The position numbers were made by a program, and so were the translations under genes. The notes beneath the pieces are model-generated. The model had not been told where the DNA came from. It ran no database searches and worked only from the letters and a program-made list of their open reading frames with translations. DNA of 58,499 nt, taken from IMG/VR virus record IMGVR_UViG_3300022744_000032, positions 1-58,499 of that record; one strand, written 5' to 3'. Positions 1 to 10,456 of the stretch are shown here, piece after piece (positions within the stretch are counted from its first letter, which is position 1; each line of letters begins with the position of its first letter). Origin of the DNA: a virus (lineage: Duplodnaviria; Caudoviricetes).

Positions 1-271
1 CGGTAAACGCCACGGTCAGTTGTGGAACCGTCACGCCGTCCATACTGACTGTGGTAATCGTTTCGCGTTTTGCGGTATCAGTAATATCCAGGACCCCACC
101 AACCGGTTGCCGGTGGCCGTAGATAACAAACCCTTCGGTCGCAACAAAGGTTTTATCCGCGGGAACAACAGTCACCTGGTGTTGCCAGTCATCAGAATTG
201 TGCGGAATCTGGTGGACGGTGCCGTCCCCTACGACCGCTAAAACTGCTTTTGAGTGCATGGAAACGGTCAT
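1..271 (-). CDS. Hypothetical protein, truncated at left window edge
   Basis: ATG at 271 opens a frame (MTVSMHSKAVLAVVGDG...) that stays open to position 1; not in the ORF track because it has no stop. Confidence 0.65.
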   Translation of the reverse strand, partial: MTVSMHSKAVLAVVGDGTVHQIPHNSDDWQHQVTVVPADKTFVATEGFVIYGHRQPVGGVLDITDTAKRETITTVSMDGVTVPQLTVAFT

Positions 272-294
272 AGCGATACCCTTCTATCGTCTGG

Positions 295-311
295 TATAGG
301 TGTTACCTATA
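295..311. promoter_or_regulatory. 17-bp palindromic operator
   Basis: TATAGG-TGTTA-CCTATA; one of 11 copies in the window. Confidence 0.75.
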
Positions 312-3300
312 TTACTGCCTAACGCCAGCGGTTTCCAGTCCCTTGTATACACCTTCGCGTAGTGCAGGAACTTGTGAAAACACCGGTGTGTTATGGAGGA
401 TCGCACCTGTTGTGTCCCCCGTTTTCAGATCTTGCACCGTTGTATACGCATGTGACGCAACGGGGCCCATCTCAAACGCGATATTCGACACTGTCGGATG
501 TAGTGCGCCTTTGATGAAAGGCAAACTGGTGATGCCTGCACGATCGAGGAGCGTAGAGGCGATACGCTCCGGGTCCCCGTAATTGGCCGCAACCACGCCC
601 TTGTCGCCGAGTGAACGGATACGTTGTCGGATTTCTTCCTGAAGGGCGGCCAGCGCCATAAGTGCCATAACAGGGGCCGCCAGCCACATCGCACTGGACG
701 CTGCGGCCTGCGACATACTGCCGTTCGCTGCCTGCCGACGAATTTCCCGGTACACGCCCATGTTCACACGTTTGTGCGCAGTCATGTTGAACCCTTTCAA
801 CTGCATCAACATCGCACCGTGTGGGGTGCGTGCAAACCCAGGGGCATCTGCAGCAGTTGGATTCACCACAGTCTCTTGCACAAACCGCGAGATAGCATGG
901 CTAACAAACGCCGCGTCTTCACCTGGCGAAGTCACCCAGGTTTTTTGCCCGCCTGCATCCCAGTTCAGGATGTGGTCCGCAGTAATTTTCGGATGTAACT
1001 CATGCAGGAATTTCTGATTCTCCGCCACATTACGGCCAGCTTTTATTTCACGCGCGGTGTGCAACAGAAAATCCCGCGCAGTAGCAGTGGAAACCACGCG
1101 CCAGAATTGTGCAACCGATTCATTACCTGTCCACTCGAGCACCTTCGGCAGGTACTTCGAGATTGGGCCATTGAAAGAATCTACGCTACCAGCAAAAATA
1201 CTACCCATCGCGGCTTGCATACCAGAATGGATCGTCCCCATGGATTCCGCAAAAGACACCATTTCTTCACGCGTTTTGCCGTGCAACGCGTTGACGACAG
1301 TTTTTGCATAATCTTTTGCTGCTACTGCACCACGTGTGCGTAGAAGCACCGCTGCGCCTTCTGTCATTCCTGCAAGCCCGCCAAACATCAACGAATCCAT
1401 ACCTGCCAATGCACGGACTTCCGTTGCTACTTTGCCCCAGGTTGAGGATAAATCAGCTGGCGTAAGCCCCAGGGAATTCTGCAGAAGAGCATACGCCCTT
1501 GCGTTTTCCGCCGCAGCTTCTTCTTTTGACAGTTTACCCGCGGCCACCAGTTTGTCGAGGTGCCTTTCGTGTGCAACCAGTTCACGATCGATATCCGGTT
1601 TCAGCTTCTCGTATTCAACGCGCGTAGTGACCTTCCGCGTGTATGCAAGTAGATCCTGGATCGGGTTCTTGTTCAGGTACCCTTCTTTTGTCATCGCTGC
1701 CAACAACACAGGATCCGTGATTTTCCGCGCTTTAAGAAAACCGTGCGGCATCATCATACTGCCATCATTGGTGCTCTCGGCGAGAAACTCTTCCGTCAAT
1801 CGCTGCGCATCTGCTGCCTTCCATCCATGCCGGCGGAGGATACGCGTAAAGGCTTCTGGATTTTCCCCCATTTTGGTGGTGTTCCATACACGGGGGAAAT
1901 AATTCTTCTCATAGTGAACATCAGGGAATAAAGGCTTCATGTATTGGTACACATGATCCAGGTATTCACCAAGATTTGCCGCAAGTTTTACCTGCTGCGG
2001 GGTATATCCTTCTACTGCATCGCCTCGGTGGCCAGCAGCCAGCAATTCGAACGCTTTTGCTGTATCCATAGGGATTTCATCTTTCGTGCGTCCCTTTAGC
2101 GCATCTTTCAGTGCGTAATCCAGGTGCGCATTCCACTTCATGGTTTGCGCAGTTGCCGCAGAATGATAAGGAATTTTCCCCGTGTGTTTGCCGAGCGAGT
2201 CGGTGTAAGTTTGCTGCTCGACCAGTTCACCAAGGGGCTCCCACATCGCACGGAGTTTGCTGCCGTCGCTGAACGCCCAGCGGGTTGCTTTCCAGCTCGC
2301 AGGGTCCATGCTGTGTTCAAGAATTTTGGCAAAGAAACCAGGGCCAGAAGAGGGTTCCGGCGCAGCTGGTATTTCTTTGGCGACTGCAGCGCGTTCGCGC
2401 GGTTTTGCAACAGCGACGTTAGGCTCCAGTTTCGGGTCGATTTTCGATTTGTCCCACCAAACTGAGCTGCTATCTTTCGCAACTACCCGCTCCAGAAACC
2501 GGCTGACAGTCTCGTTAACCTGTTGGTTATTTTTTGTCGCGTCGTCTTTCTCACTCCAGATGCGATGAATCTCCGTTGCAATATCACGGAACTTCGACGC
2601 AAGGGCCGAGAAGAGACGATCAGCAATTCCTTTTCGTAAAGGCATAGGGCCTTCAGCCGACAAAACAGGATCTTTTGTATGGATCAGTGCTCGCACATGT
2701 GCGGCGGTTTTTGCACCGAACCATTTGCGAAACGTCACTGGATCAATGGATGATTTTTTTGTTTCTTCCTTGTATGCCCTTTCAAGGTGGCGACGGTACA
2801 GCTGCGCCCTCCCCGGCCCGAACGCGGTCTCATCTGTATGCAAATACTGGTCAAAGATCTGCCGACCAATAGCCTCCGCGATACGGACCTGACGGGATGC
2901 CCTGCCCATAACCCCTTCTTGTAGAGGTGGGACAGTAATTGTCATTCGCCCATCGACTACTTGTACAACGGGGTCCATGTGGGCAAACCGCAGCTGGTTT
3001 GCTTCTTTTTCATGTAGGTGGCTAAGGTCGCCCAGCGCGGGCTTTTCTTCCAGCGCGATTCCTTCCAGCCCAAGGTGATCAAAATGTTTCGCGAGCCCCG
3101 CTGTAAATGCGACATCCAGATCGTTCACTCCGGGGGCGCGCGTAGTGACCTCCATCTGGTGGTGGCTATTAGCTACAGGCGCAGAAAGAGGGTGTACACG
3201 CTCTGCTAACGGCACACCGTTGCGCACAACATGATGTACGACTGTTCCCCCCGCCGCGGCACGATTACGGTCTGCTAGAGCATCTTCCCGGTCACGGGTT

Positions 3301-5714
3301 GAAATATGATGTCCCTGCGCATCCTGGATGGCATCATCCTGCATGGTATTCGTCTGGTGCTGCGCCATCTGGTCAGCAGCTTCGACCGGATCAATTTCCG
3401 TCTCGACGCGGTAAGGATCGAAATCATGCTCTGTGTGCTCATATCCATCCTCACTAGGGGCGTGGCGTCGCGCGCCTGCACGTTCTTTTAGCGCTGCACC
3501 AACGGATTGGCGCTCACTGTTTTTGGAGGAAAGGCGGCCGAAATAGTGGATAAGTTCCGGGCGTAGCCCCACCGGTTTGCCTGTTTTTGGATGAGTACGG
3601 TACGCGGAAGATACGTCATAACCGGCCTGGGCCGCACTAGAAAGCCCTTGTTCCAGCCCGCGGAGGCGAAACTCGGTGGTACTGGTTTCATCTGCAAGCC
3701 CCTCGGCACCAAGAATGTCCATACCCATGGTGGTCAGATCCATGAGCGACATCGGTGCAGGGTTCCCGGCTTTATCTTTCGCCCACAGGATTGTGTTGTG
3801 CTGCTCGCTGTTCTTTTTGTGATGCGCGTCCAGCTCTGCGGGCAGCTTGCCCCGCGTACCACCACGCGGTTCGTGCCGCCCCGTTTCTGGATTGATCTGG
3901 GAATACCGCGCCAGGTTGTCCGCACGCTTTTGTCCATTTTCCCGCGCTTTCTGCAGCCCAACCTGAACACGTTCGACCGTAGACATCCGGACGTTTTTAT
4001 CCGCCGGAGAGGGTTTATCTGTGTAAGGGACAGGCGACAGTTCATCCGGTAAACGATCCTGTATCGCCATCGCATATTTTGGCTCACCAGTAAGGGGGTC
4101 TTTCACCACTTCAGTGCTGTACTGGTTCACCGGATCGCGGTTAAACGCCGCGTGTGCATCCGCAATGCGCTCGACCCGTGCGGGGTCCGTGTCCCCTGCT
4201 ACAACAGTCGAATGTACGCCTTGGTCTTCGAACAAAACTACATTTTCCCGTGCCAGTGCAGTGCCTTTGTACTGCCCGCCAAGGCGGCGCGCGGCTTCCA
4301 CATCACGGGTTTCGCGGGCAGCTTTCTCGGCCAGCGCACCGAGGTGTTGCAAAATTGGGGCTTTCTCTTCAGGCGTACCGTGTTCAATGGTGTGTAATAC
4401 CTGCGCACGGATGTGTTCCGGCAGCCCGTTGATGGCCAGGCGCATATCCGCTGCTGTTACTTTTACCGGCGACTGTGGAGCTGTCTCGAGCGTTTTTGCT
4501 CCTTCGCCCATTACTGCAGCACGAACAGGGGGCGTCACTACCGCCGTGGCGGGGACCCGCTGTATTTGAACTGCATTTGTTCCATCGTCAACAAGGCGAC
4601 CTTCTGGTTCCTGCGCCGGCACAAGGGGGTGCTCCTCTTCCACGACACTGGTGTGCGCCGATTCAGGCGGAGTATAGGCATTACCTGTTTTTGCGGGCAC
4701 AAGATTATCGATCGTTTTGCCTGCCTGTTGCGCCGCGCGGGCGTAGGCCGGGAACTGGTGCCGGATCGCTTCGCCCGACGCCATGACACCGCTGAGGAGC
4801 CCGCCACGAACCATACTGTCCAGGATCTGGGACTTGTTCTCGTCAGAGAACAAGTCACTGCCCGGTTTGTTCGCGTGGGTAAACGCCTGGTCCACGAAAG
4901 TCTGCGCAGTACCGGTCAGTGCTCCAAGTGCGGCCGTGGATACGCCCTCTTTCAGGACGGCCTTGCCGAACTGGGTGCCAAGGCCAAGGAGCCCCATATC
5001 TGCACCGTGTGCAGCCAAAACGTGCGGAAGTTCATGAGGAGGCACCCCCAGTCGACGGGACAATCCAAGTACGCGCAGCGGCGCAGCAGTGTCCAGTACA
5101 CCTTTGATCGCGCCAGCGAACAACGCCTGATTCCCGTTTGGATCTTCAATGCCCTGCTGATCAAAATTCTCGGTGGTCTCGCCAATATGCGGGATAACAC
5201 TGGCCCCGATCGCGCCGGCAACCGCCGCGCGCTGTGCTGCCTGTTCTTCCAGCGCATGCGCCTTGATCAGGGCTTCATCCGCCTGCATATCAGTACCGAT
5301 CGCCTTGCGGTAATTCTGGTAATTGGCGTACCCCTTCTCCCCTAGACTGCGGCGGAGTGCTTTCCCCGCCCGTGCCCGCGCGAGACGGGACGCGCCACCC
5401 ATGCCGAGAATCTGCGCCGCTAATGCAGGAGCTGCTTCACCGAGAGTTTCCAGTGCGTAGGTACCAAAGTCTGCGAGGCTGTCTACATCATCCCAGTCCC
5501 GTATCTCCGGGGGATGTTCCACCATCTGCTGGATATGGTGTGCGACGCCACGTTTTCCCCATTTCTCGAGCGCATCGACCCCGGTTACTTTACCGATAGT
5601 CTGGGCGAAACCGTCCAGGGACGCTGCCAAGGCATGGCCGCCGCGCGCGAGCGCGTTACCGAAAGTAGAACCGTCATCAGCCGGGGCTTGCGCAGGCACT
5701 TGTGGGTTCAGCAC
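312..5714 (-). CDS. Large internal virion / DNA ejection protein (1800 aa)
   Basis: Very long Ala-rich helical ORF at the end of a podovirus-like internal-protein block; no catalytic motif recognised. Confidence 0.65.
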   Translation of the reverse strand: MLNPQVPAQAPADDGSTFGNALARGGHALAASLDGFAQTIGKVTGVDALEKWGKRGVAHHIQQMVEHPPEIRDWDDVDSLADFGTYALETLGEAAPALAAQILGMGGASRLARARAGKALRRSLGEKGYANYQNYRKAIGTDMQADEALIKAHALEEQAAQRAAVAGAIGASVIPHIGETTENFDQQGIEDPNGNQALFAGAIKGVLDTAAPLRVLGLSRRLGVPPHELPHVLAAHGADMGLLGLGTQFGKAVLKEGVSTAALGALTGTAQTFVDQAFTHANKPGSDLFSDENKSQILDSMVRGGLLSGVMASGEAIRHQFPAYARAAQQAGKTIDNLVPAKTGNAYTPPESAHTSVVEEEHPLVPAQEPEGRLVDDGTNAVQIQRVPATAVVTPPVRAAVMGEGAKTLETAPQSPVKVTAADMRLAINGLPEHIRAQVLHTIEHGTPEEKAPILQHLGALAEKAARETRDVEAARRLGGQYKGTALARENVVLFEDQGVHSTVVAGDTDPARVERIADAHAAFNRDPVNQYSTEVVKDPLTGEPKYAMAIQDRLPDELSPVPYTDKPSPADKNVRMSTVERVQVGLQKARENGQKRADNLARYSQINPETGRHEPRGGTRGKLPAELDAHHKKNSEQHNTILWAKDKAGNPAPMSLMDLTTMGMDILGAEGLADETSTTEFRLRGLEQGLSSAAQAGYDVSSAYRTHPKTGKPVGLRPELIHYFGRLSSKNSERQSVGAALKERAGARRHAPSEDGYEHTEHDFDPYRVETEIDPVEAADQMAQHQTNTMQDDAIQDAQGHHISTRDREDALADRNRAAAGGTVVHHVVRNGVPLAERVHPLSAPVANSHHQMEVTTRAPGVNDLDVAFTAGLAKHFDHLGLEGIALEEKPALGDLSHLHEKEANQLRFAHMDPVVQVVDGRMTITVPPLQEGVMGRASRQVRIAEAIGRQIFDQYLHTDETAFGPGRAQLYRRHLERAYKEETKKSSIDPVTFRKWFGAKTAAHVRALIHTKDPVLSAEGPMPLRKGIADRLFSALASKFRDIATEIHRIWSEKDDATKNNQQVNETVSRFLERVVAKDSSSVWWDKSKIDPKLEPNVAVAKPRERAAVAKEIPAAPEPSSGPGFFAKILEHSMDPASWKATRWAFSDGSKLRAMWEPLGELVEQQTYTDSLGKHTGKIPYHSAATAQTMKWNAHLDYALKDALKGRTKDEIPMDTAKAFELLAAGHRGDAVEGYTPQQVKLAANLGEYLDHVYQYMKPLFPDVHYEKNYFPRVWNTTKMGENPEAFTRILRRHGWKAADAQRLTEEFLAESTNDGSMMMPHGFLKARKITDPVLLAAMTKEGYLNKNPIQDLLAYTRKVTTRVEYEKLKPDIDRELVAHERHLDKLVAAGKLSKEEAAAENARAYALLQNSLGLTPADLSSTWGKVATEVRALAGMDSLMFGGLAGMTEGAAVLLRTRGAVAAKDYAKTVVNALHGKTREEMVSFAESMGTIHSGMQAAMGSIFAGSVDSFNGPISKYLPKVLEWTGNESVAQFWRVVSTATARDFLLHTAREIKAGRNVAENQKFLHELHPKITADHILNWDAGGQKTWVTSPGEDAAFVSHAISRFVQETVVNPTAADAPGFARTPHGAMLMQLKGFNMTAHKRVNMGVYREIRRQAANGSMSQAAASSAMWLAAPVMALMALAALQEEIRQRIRSLGDKGVVAANYGDPERIASTLLDRAGITSLPFIKGALHPTVSNIAFEMGPVASHAYTTVQDLKTGDTTGAILHNTPVFSQVPALREGVYKGLETAGVRQ

Positions 5715-5717
5715 AGC

Positions 5718-7067
5718 TTACTTACTCCATGGAGTCGGGTTCGTCAAAGGCGCGCTGACCCAATCCAATGTCTTGCCCAAGCCAGTATCCCCATACTTAC
5801 GGAGGTTCGGCTTATAAATATCATTGGGGTCAGCCGTGCCTTCCATTGCCTGCGCCAGCGCAGTGAGGCGATCATGGTTCACCGTGCCAGTATAAACCCC
5901 TTTATCATCGGCAGCACCGACCATGTGCACCAAATGCCCCACCAGCGTTTTTGCATATTCTGCTTTCTGCTGGTCGTTCAGATCTGCGATGGAATTCGCT
6001 GTTGCCGGAACCAGCCCATGCGCCTTGTATGTATTAAAAACGTCCTGGTTCCTGGCGTAGTTTGCAAAAGTTTCTTTCAACCTGTCGCTGGTCGCGGTAC
6101 GTACATCAGGTGCCGCCGCACCTTGCGCTTTGGCCGCAGCTTCCTTAGCCTGCATCTCCGTGCGAGGGACAACGACATTGGCATATTGCAGTGATGGTTG
6201 GAGAAAACTCCGTTCAGGAGCGTCAGTCAATTCGGGGTGGGAATTCAGGAACGCATCCACAGAACTACCGACAAGGCCGCTGACCTTATCCGCGTGTTCC
6301 GCTTGTAATTTCTTTTGTGCGTCCTGGAACGACTGTTCTTCTGATACATCTTGACGAGCGATACTATTCGTCGCATGCGCGGTTTGCGTCCTCGCTGCGG
6401 TGAGCCGCGCATCAAATACAGGATCTGTTTTACCATCAGGTGTCTTTGGGACATCCCCCATCATCGCCGCCACTTCAGGGTCGCGCAAAGTTTCGCGTTT
6501 ATCCCCGCGCTCCTGGAGGTTTACCCCGCGGGCCTGTAACCCATAGGATTTATCAAACTGTGCTGCTTGCTGCGCGCGTGTTTCCCGCCCCTCAGACTGT
6601 GTCAGCGCCATTTGCGCCCGCGCAAGCTCTGCGGCCTGCGACCTGTCGAGCCCGTGTTCGCTTAAATCTTCCGTGTGGAACTTCCCAGCCTGTTCCAACT
6701 GCGCGCCCTGCAGACCCAGTGATTTATTCTGGTAGTCGACTGTATTCTGCATTTCTTTTTCACGGAGAGCACGGTCTTGTGCGCGATTCATCTGATCGAT
6801 GAGAAGATTGGTCCGCGCCTGCATCAACCCGACGGCGGGGCTAAGATCAATCTGCGCAACTGGCATTTTCGTACTCCCGGCAGCAACGCCGCCTGATTGG
6901 TATAGTGTTCCCCCGACCAACGTGTTGGTCGAGCCGTCAGAACCGTATGCGGTACTTCCAGTCCGGACGTAGGATTTTCCATCCGAACAATACATGGCCC
7001 CTTTTACAAGGGTACAGTCGTCTGCAATAGCGACGCTGCAAAACAATAAAACTAGCCACTTCCACAT
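5718..7067 (-). CDS. Putative internal virion protein; second in-frame start at 6866
   Basis: Gln/Ala-rich coiled-coil ORF; RBS CAGGAG before ATG 7067 and GGGAG before ATG 6866. Confidence 0.6.
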   Translation of the reverse strand: MWKWLVLLFCSVAIADDCTLVKGAMYCSDGKSYVRTGSTAYGSDGSTNTLVGGTLYQSGGVAAGSTKMPVAQIDLSPAVGLMQARTNLLIDQMNRAQDRALREKEMQNTVDYQNKSLGLQGAQLEQAGKFHTEDLSEHGLDRSQAAELARAQMALTQSEGRETRAQQAAQFDKSYGLQARGVNLQERGDKRETLRDPEVAAMMGDVPKTPDGKTDPVFDARLTAARTQTAHATNSIARQDVSEEQSFQDAQKKLQAEHADKVSGLVGSSVDAFLNSHPELTDAPERSFLQPSLQYANVVVPRTEMQAKEAAAKAQGAAAPDVRTATSDRLKETFANYARNQDVFNTYKAHGLVPATANSIADLNDQQKAEYAKTLVGHLVHMVGAADDKGVYTGTVNHDRLTALAQAMEGTADPNDIYKPNLRKYGDTGLGKTLDWVSAPLTNPTPWSK

Positions 7068-7097
7068 ACCTGATCTCCTGTCGGGCGTGGAACAATA

Positions 7098-7709
7098 TTA
7101 CATCGCGATGGCTATTGTCGCTATCGTTGTTCCAATCGCTAGTCCAGTTTGTTGCTTCGACGCAGTATCGGCAGCAGCAGCTTGCTTATTCGACATATTC
7201 CGCTGCGTTTCTGCGTTCGCGGACGCTACGAGATTATCCTGCGCACCAGTGGCCAACCCATTCGTGGTATTGATCAACTGCGACCGCAAAGATTGGTTGC
7301 GCTGGTACTGCTGCGCATACGCATTGTTCATGGTGTTGGTGTCGTAAGTAGCCTGGTTCAACCCCGCCGCGCGCTGCATTTCTTGAGTCGCAACTTTATC
7401 CTGCCCAGGCACACCGCCGTACCGCGCGAGGTCGCGGTTTGTTCGTGCTACTGCGTTTTGTTGTTCAGTCGGATCCCCAATTTGGGCAGCGGCCGTATTC
7501 ACCACATCATTGCTGTGCAGTGACTTTACTGCATCAGAAAGTACCGGCACGTAGTTCTGATTAAAATCCTGCCGTTGCTCCTGCTGGAGCGCGGCCAACT
7601 GCACAGAGGCCGGGTTCGCAGATGAACTACCTCCGCCACCGCCTGATATCTTGTCCATCACCATATGGTGGTGGTCGAAGGGGTTTGTAAATGCACCGAC
7701 CAAACTCAT
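7098..7709 (-). CDS. Putative internal virion (ejection) protein
   Basis: Gln/Ala/Asn-rich, hydrophobic C-terminus; synteny. Confidence 0.6.
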   Translation of the reverse strand: MSLVGAFTNPFDHHHMVMDKISGGGGGSSSANPASVQLAALQQEQRQDFNQNYVPVLSDAVKSLHSNDVVNTAAAQIGDPTEQQNAVARTNRDLARYGGVPGQDKVATQEMQRAAGLNQATYDTNTMNNAYAQQYQRNQSLRSQLINTTNGLATGAQDNLVASANAETQRNMSNKQAAAADTASKQQTGLAIGTTIATIAIAM

Positions 7710-8539
7710 AACTGCCGCCCCCCATAAGGGTTGTATCTATTATTAGGGGACATCGCGATGCCATCTGCAAAACCAGTGCGCGTATTATCCGCCGCTGCCG
7801 CAAGCCCCAGCTTCGGCGCGTCATACGCTGGGGTGCTCGGCGTGGTAGTGTTGCCAGGCACTCCGGGGAGTCCTTTTAACATGTAGTGGTAGGCCGCCGC
7901 CCCGCCGAGTGCTTGCGCGGCGGAACCAATGTTGTTGCGGAAATTCAACAAGCTCTGTAATCGCATCCCCTGTTTTTGCTGCGCAAGTTGCGCCTGGTTT
8001 GACATCAGGGCTTTGTTCGCTACATCCGCGGTGGCTGTTTTTTTCATGCCCTCGTCGATGACTTTCGCGCGGTCCGCATCCATAGACTGCTGCCCTGCTT
8101 CGGCAGCGGATACAGCCGCGGCTGCCCGTGCAGCAGAAGTGGTGTCCGCATTCTGGGAAAGTTGCATCTGTGATCGGGTTGAGCCGATATCGACGCCACT
8201 TTCTGACATCGCCTGGCGCAGCCCTTCATTGGCACTGGTTTCGCCCTGGGCTATGTCAGCGTCAGTGCGCGACCGGTTGAAGTTGGTTCGGTCATCCTGG
8301 CTGGTCTTTGTGAGATCCGCACGGTCTTCCGCCTCAAGGGGTTTGCCGATTGTCTTCCAGAGTTTCAGCTGGTCTGCAGCGGCCTCGTCGTTAGCAATCT
8401 CTGCTGCGGTTGCTTGCTGCTTCGGCGCACTGCCTTTGAAAAAGCGAACGCCGCCCTTCCGGTACCCGGAGTGCTCGAAAGTATCTATCAGGGTGCCGTA
8501 GTCTAGGCAGCCAGGTTCTTGCCCATACATACATACCAC
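7706..8539 (-). CDS. Putative internal virion (ejection) protein; start uncertain
   Basis: Ala/Gln-rich with KGSAPK motif typical of podovirus internal proteins; synteny. Confidence 0.6.
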   Translation of the reverse strand: MVCMYGQEPGCLDYGTLIDTFEHSGYRKGGVRFFKGSAPKQQATAAEIANDEAAADQLKLWKTIGKPLEAEDRADLTKTSQDDRTNFNRSRTDADIAQGETSANEGLRQAMSESGVDIGSTRSQMQLSQNADTTSAARAAAAVSAAEAGQQSMDADRAKVIDEGMKKTATADVANKALMSNQAQLAQQKQGMRLQSLLNFRNNIGSAAQALGGAAAYHYMLKGLPGVPGNTTTPSTPAYDAPKLGLAAAADNTRTGFADGIAMSPNNRYNPYGGRQL

Positions 8540-8934
8540 CTCTCGTAACCGTGTTGTTTACAGGCGCGCTCTGCCCCGTTCCGCCCGTGGAGCATGATGT
8601 GTGTGCACCCACGTTTTTTGGCCCAGGTTTCCAATGTCCCCTCGTTACTCATCGCAGCGAGCCATTCCTCCCGTGGTAGTGTCGCCCCGAAATAAATCAG
8701 CTCCAGCATTGTTTTGCGCGGGTACTTAACAACCTGCGTGACTGCAGCACCGACAACAGTCTGTTCCCCCGCCAGCGCCCACAACTGCCATGCCCCTTCG
8801 CGGCAGAACTGCTCGACATCAACGATGTCATTCTCCCCCTGCGTAGTCTCCAGTGCGTCCTGGATGAATGGCGCACAGTATTTCCATGCGTCAGGAACGT
8901 CGGCGACTGGTACAAATAACAAGGTCGCGGCCAT
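8503..8934 (-). CDS. Podovirus morphogenesis protein, probably GNAT-like fold
   Basis: WQLW...GAAVTQVVKYPRK...WAKKRGC...GR pattern common upstream of internal virion genes. Confidence 0.55.
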   Translation of the reverse strand: MAATLLFVPVADVPDAWKYCAPFIQDALETTQGENDIVDVEQFCREGAWQLWALAGEQTVVGAAVTQVVKYPRKTMLELIYFGATLPREEWLAAMSNEGTLETWAKKRGCTHIMLHGRNGAERACKQHGYERWYVCMGKNLAA

Positions 8935-9545
8935 CAGTTGTGGTACCGCGCAACAGAGGATTTGAATACATTGTCCCGCGCCGCTTCGGCTTTCGCTGCC
9001 TGTACACCCATGGCGTACATCTGCCCCATCGCACCAGCGAGTTGCGGGTTGAACCAGGCAGTTCCATTCGCAGCGTACAGATCAGCCATCACCCCATACT
9101 GGAGTGTCTCGTAATACCGGCTGAATATGGCCGTTGGCATACTGACCGCGTTGTACACAGGCTTCAGTGCCACGAACCCAGTCAGGGTATTCATTACAGG
9201 GGTCTGGAACACCAGCATGTTAGGTGGCGTCAGATATACTCCTTGGCGGCCGCGCATATTCAATGCTGCGTCCCGATAGGAGGTAAACGGGATGTCTTCC
9301 CCGTTAATCTTGACGAGCTGCAACTGACTGATCTCGGTATCCGCCGGCAGTGTGACCGTCCCAACCAAAAGGGCCGCATCAAACGTAACCTGTCCTGTCA
9401 GATCGTACTCGAACGCCTTGGTTTCCTTGCAGAAATCCCGCGCCACACGGCGTGCTGAACGCGAGAACGACATCATCGTAACCGCCGGTATTTGCGCGCG
9501 TACATCAGGGAGCATAGCAGTGAATGCAGTAACAGCAAGTGTCAT
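8934..9545 (-). CDS. Head-tail adaptor / tail tubular A-like protein
   Basis: ARDFCKET and AWFNPQLA motifs; position downstream of MCP. Confidence 0.6.
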   Translation of the reverse strand: MTLAVTAFTAMLPDVRAQIPAVTMMSFSRSARRVARDFCKETKAFEYDLTGQVTFDAALLVGTVTLPADTEISQLQLVKINGEDIPFTSYRDAALNMRGRQGVYLTPPNMLVFQTPVMNTLTGFVALKPVYNAVSMPTAIFSRYYETLQYGVMADLYAANGTAWFNPQLAGAMGQMYAMGVQAAKAEAARDNVFKSSVARYHN

Positions 9546-10171
9546 GGTAAGCCCCCCTGCACCTGCATGAATTCGGCCAGTTTTTGCTGGAAGCTCGCCA
9601 GATACGTGCCCGCCAGTTCTGCATTCGCGCTATTGTCTGCATCCACCGCGAACGCGCGGGACACGACGAAATCGACGAAAAGCGGGAGGTGGACTTCTGT
9701 AAACATTGCCAGGCTGCCGTTCAACGTAGTAGGGAGTACAGGAAGCGTGACGTAGTCCATCAGAACATATCCCGTCGCAGAAGGCGCGGGATACAGGTAA
9801 TACTTCAGCCGGTCCGCGCCCATCCGCGCCCAGTGGTACTGGGTCGCTGCAGGGGTGGACATCCATGTCGGATCTTCCAGAAACAGGGCGTTTTCATCCA
9901 CTTCGGTGACGACGGCGGACAAAATTCCCGAGTTATTACACACCCCGAGAATATGCAGCAGGGTGACAATCGTTCCAGGTAATGACTGAACAGCCGTTGC
10001 TGTGGTCGCCACAGGGCCGCGCTCGGACGCAATACCGGGGGCAGCATTCACGAGCTGGATATGTGCCTCGTGAATCCACCCGAATAGCATGTCATCCGTC
10101 CAGCGGTCGCCGCCGGCGTCATTGATCAAGCGCCGGACGTTGGTAACAATGGTTTGTACCCCCAGCGCCAC
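9542..10171 (-). CDS. Head-tail adaptor protein
   Basis: VRRLINDAGGDRWTD, YLYPAP and DFVVSRAFAVD motifs. Confidence 0.65.
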   Translation of the reverse strand: MALGVQTIVTNVRRLINDAGGDRWTDDMLFGWIHEAHIQLVNAAPGIASERGPVATTATAVQSLPGTIVTLLHILGVCNNSGILSAVVTEVDENALFLEDPTWMSTPAATQYHWARMGADRLKYYLYPAPSATGYVLMDYVTLPVLPTTLNGSLAMFTEVHLPLFVDFVVSRAFAVDADNSANAELAGTYLASFQQKLAEFMQVQGGLP

Positions 10172-10177
10172 AGATGA

Positions 10178-10405
10178 TTACTCGGCAACAGCGGTGTTTT
10201 TGCCTTTCTTGTCAGCCACTGCGGGTTCAACTGTTTCGGCGATTTCCTCGACGATACCCTGCCCCTGCAACAGCCCCTGGAGGGCAATGTGCTCGGGAAG
10301 TGTCTGTGGGATATCCGCATCCAACCACTGGCGCATGCCGCCATCTGGGATCAGGATAGAAAAACCTTGGCCACGGGCCACGATAGTACGCATTTTATCG
10401 GACAT
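10178..10405 (-). CDS. Small hypothetical virion-module protein
   Basis: ORF directly after MCP terminator, co-oriented. Confidence 0.6.
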   Translation of the reverse strand: MSDKMRTIVARGQGFSILIPDGGMRQWLDADIPQTLPEHIALQGLLQGQGIVEEIAETVEPAVADKKGKNTAVAE

Positions 10406-10424
10406 AAAAGAATTCCTACGGGTT

Positions 10425-10450
10425 AGAAGAAACGGGGGCCGAAGCCCCCG
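10425..10450 (-). terminator. Rho-independent terminator after MCP
   Basis: - strand CGGGGGC-TTCG-GCCCCCG followed by TTTCTTCT. Confidence 0.75.
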
Positions 10451-10456
10451 CCGCTA

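Noticed and set aside
312-5714. Virion RNA polymerase
   Set aside because: No DxDGD or T7-type polymerase motifs recognised
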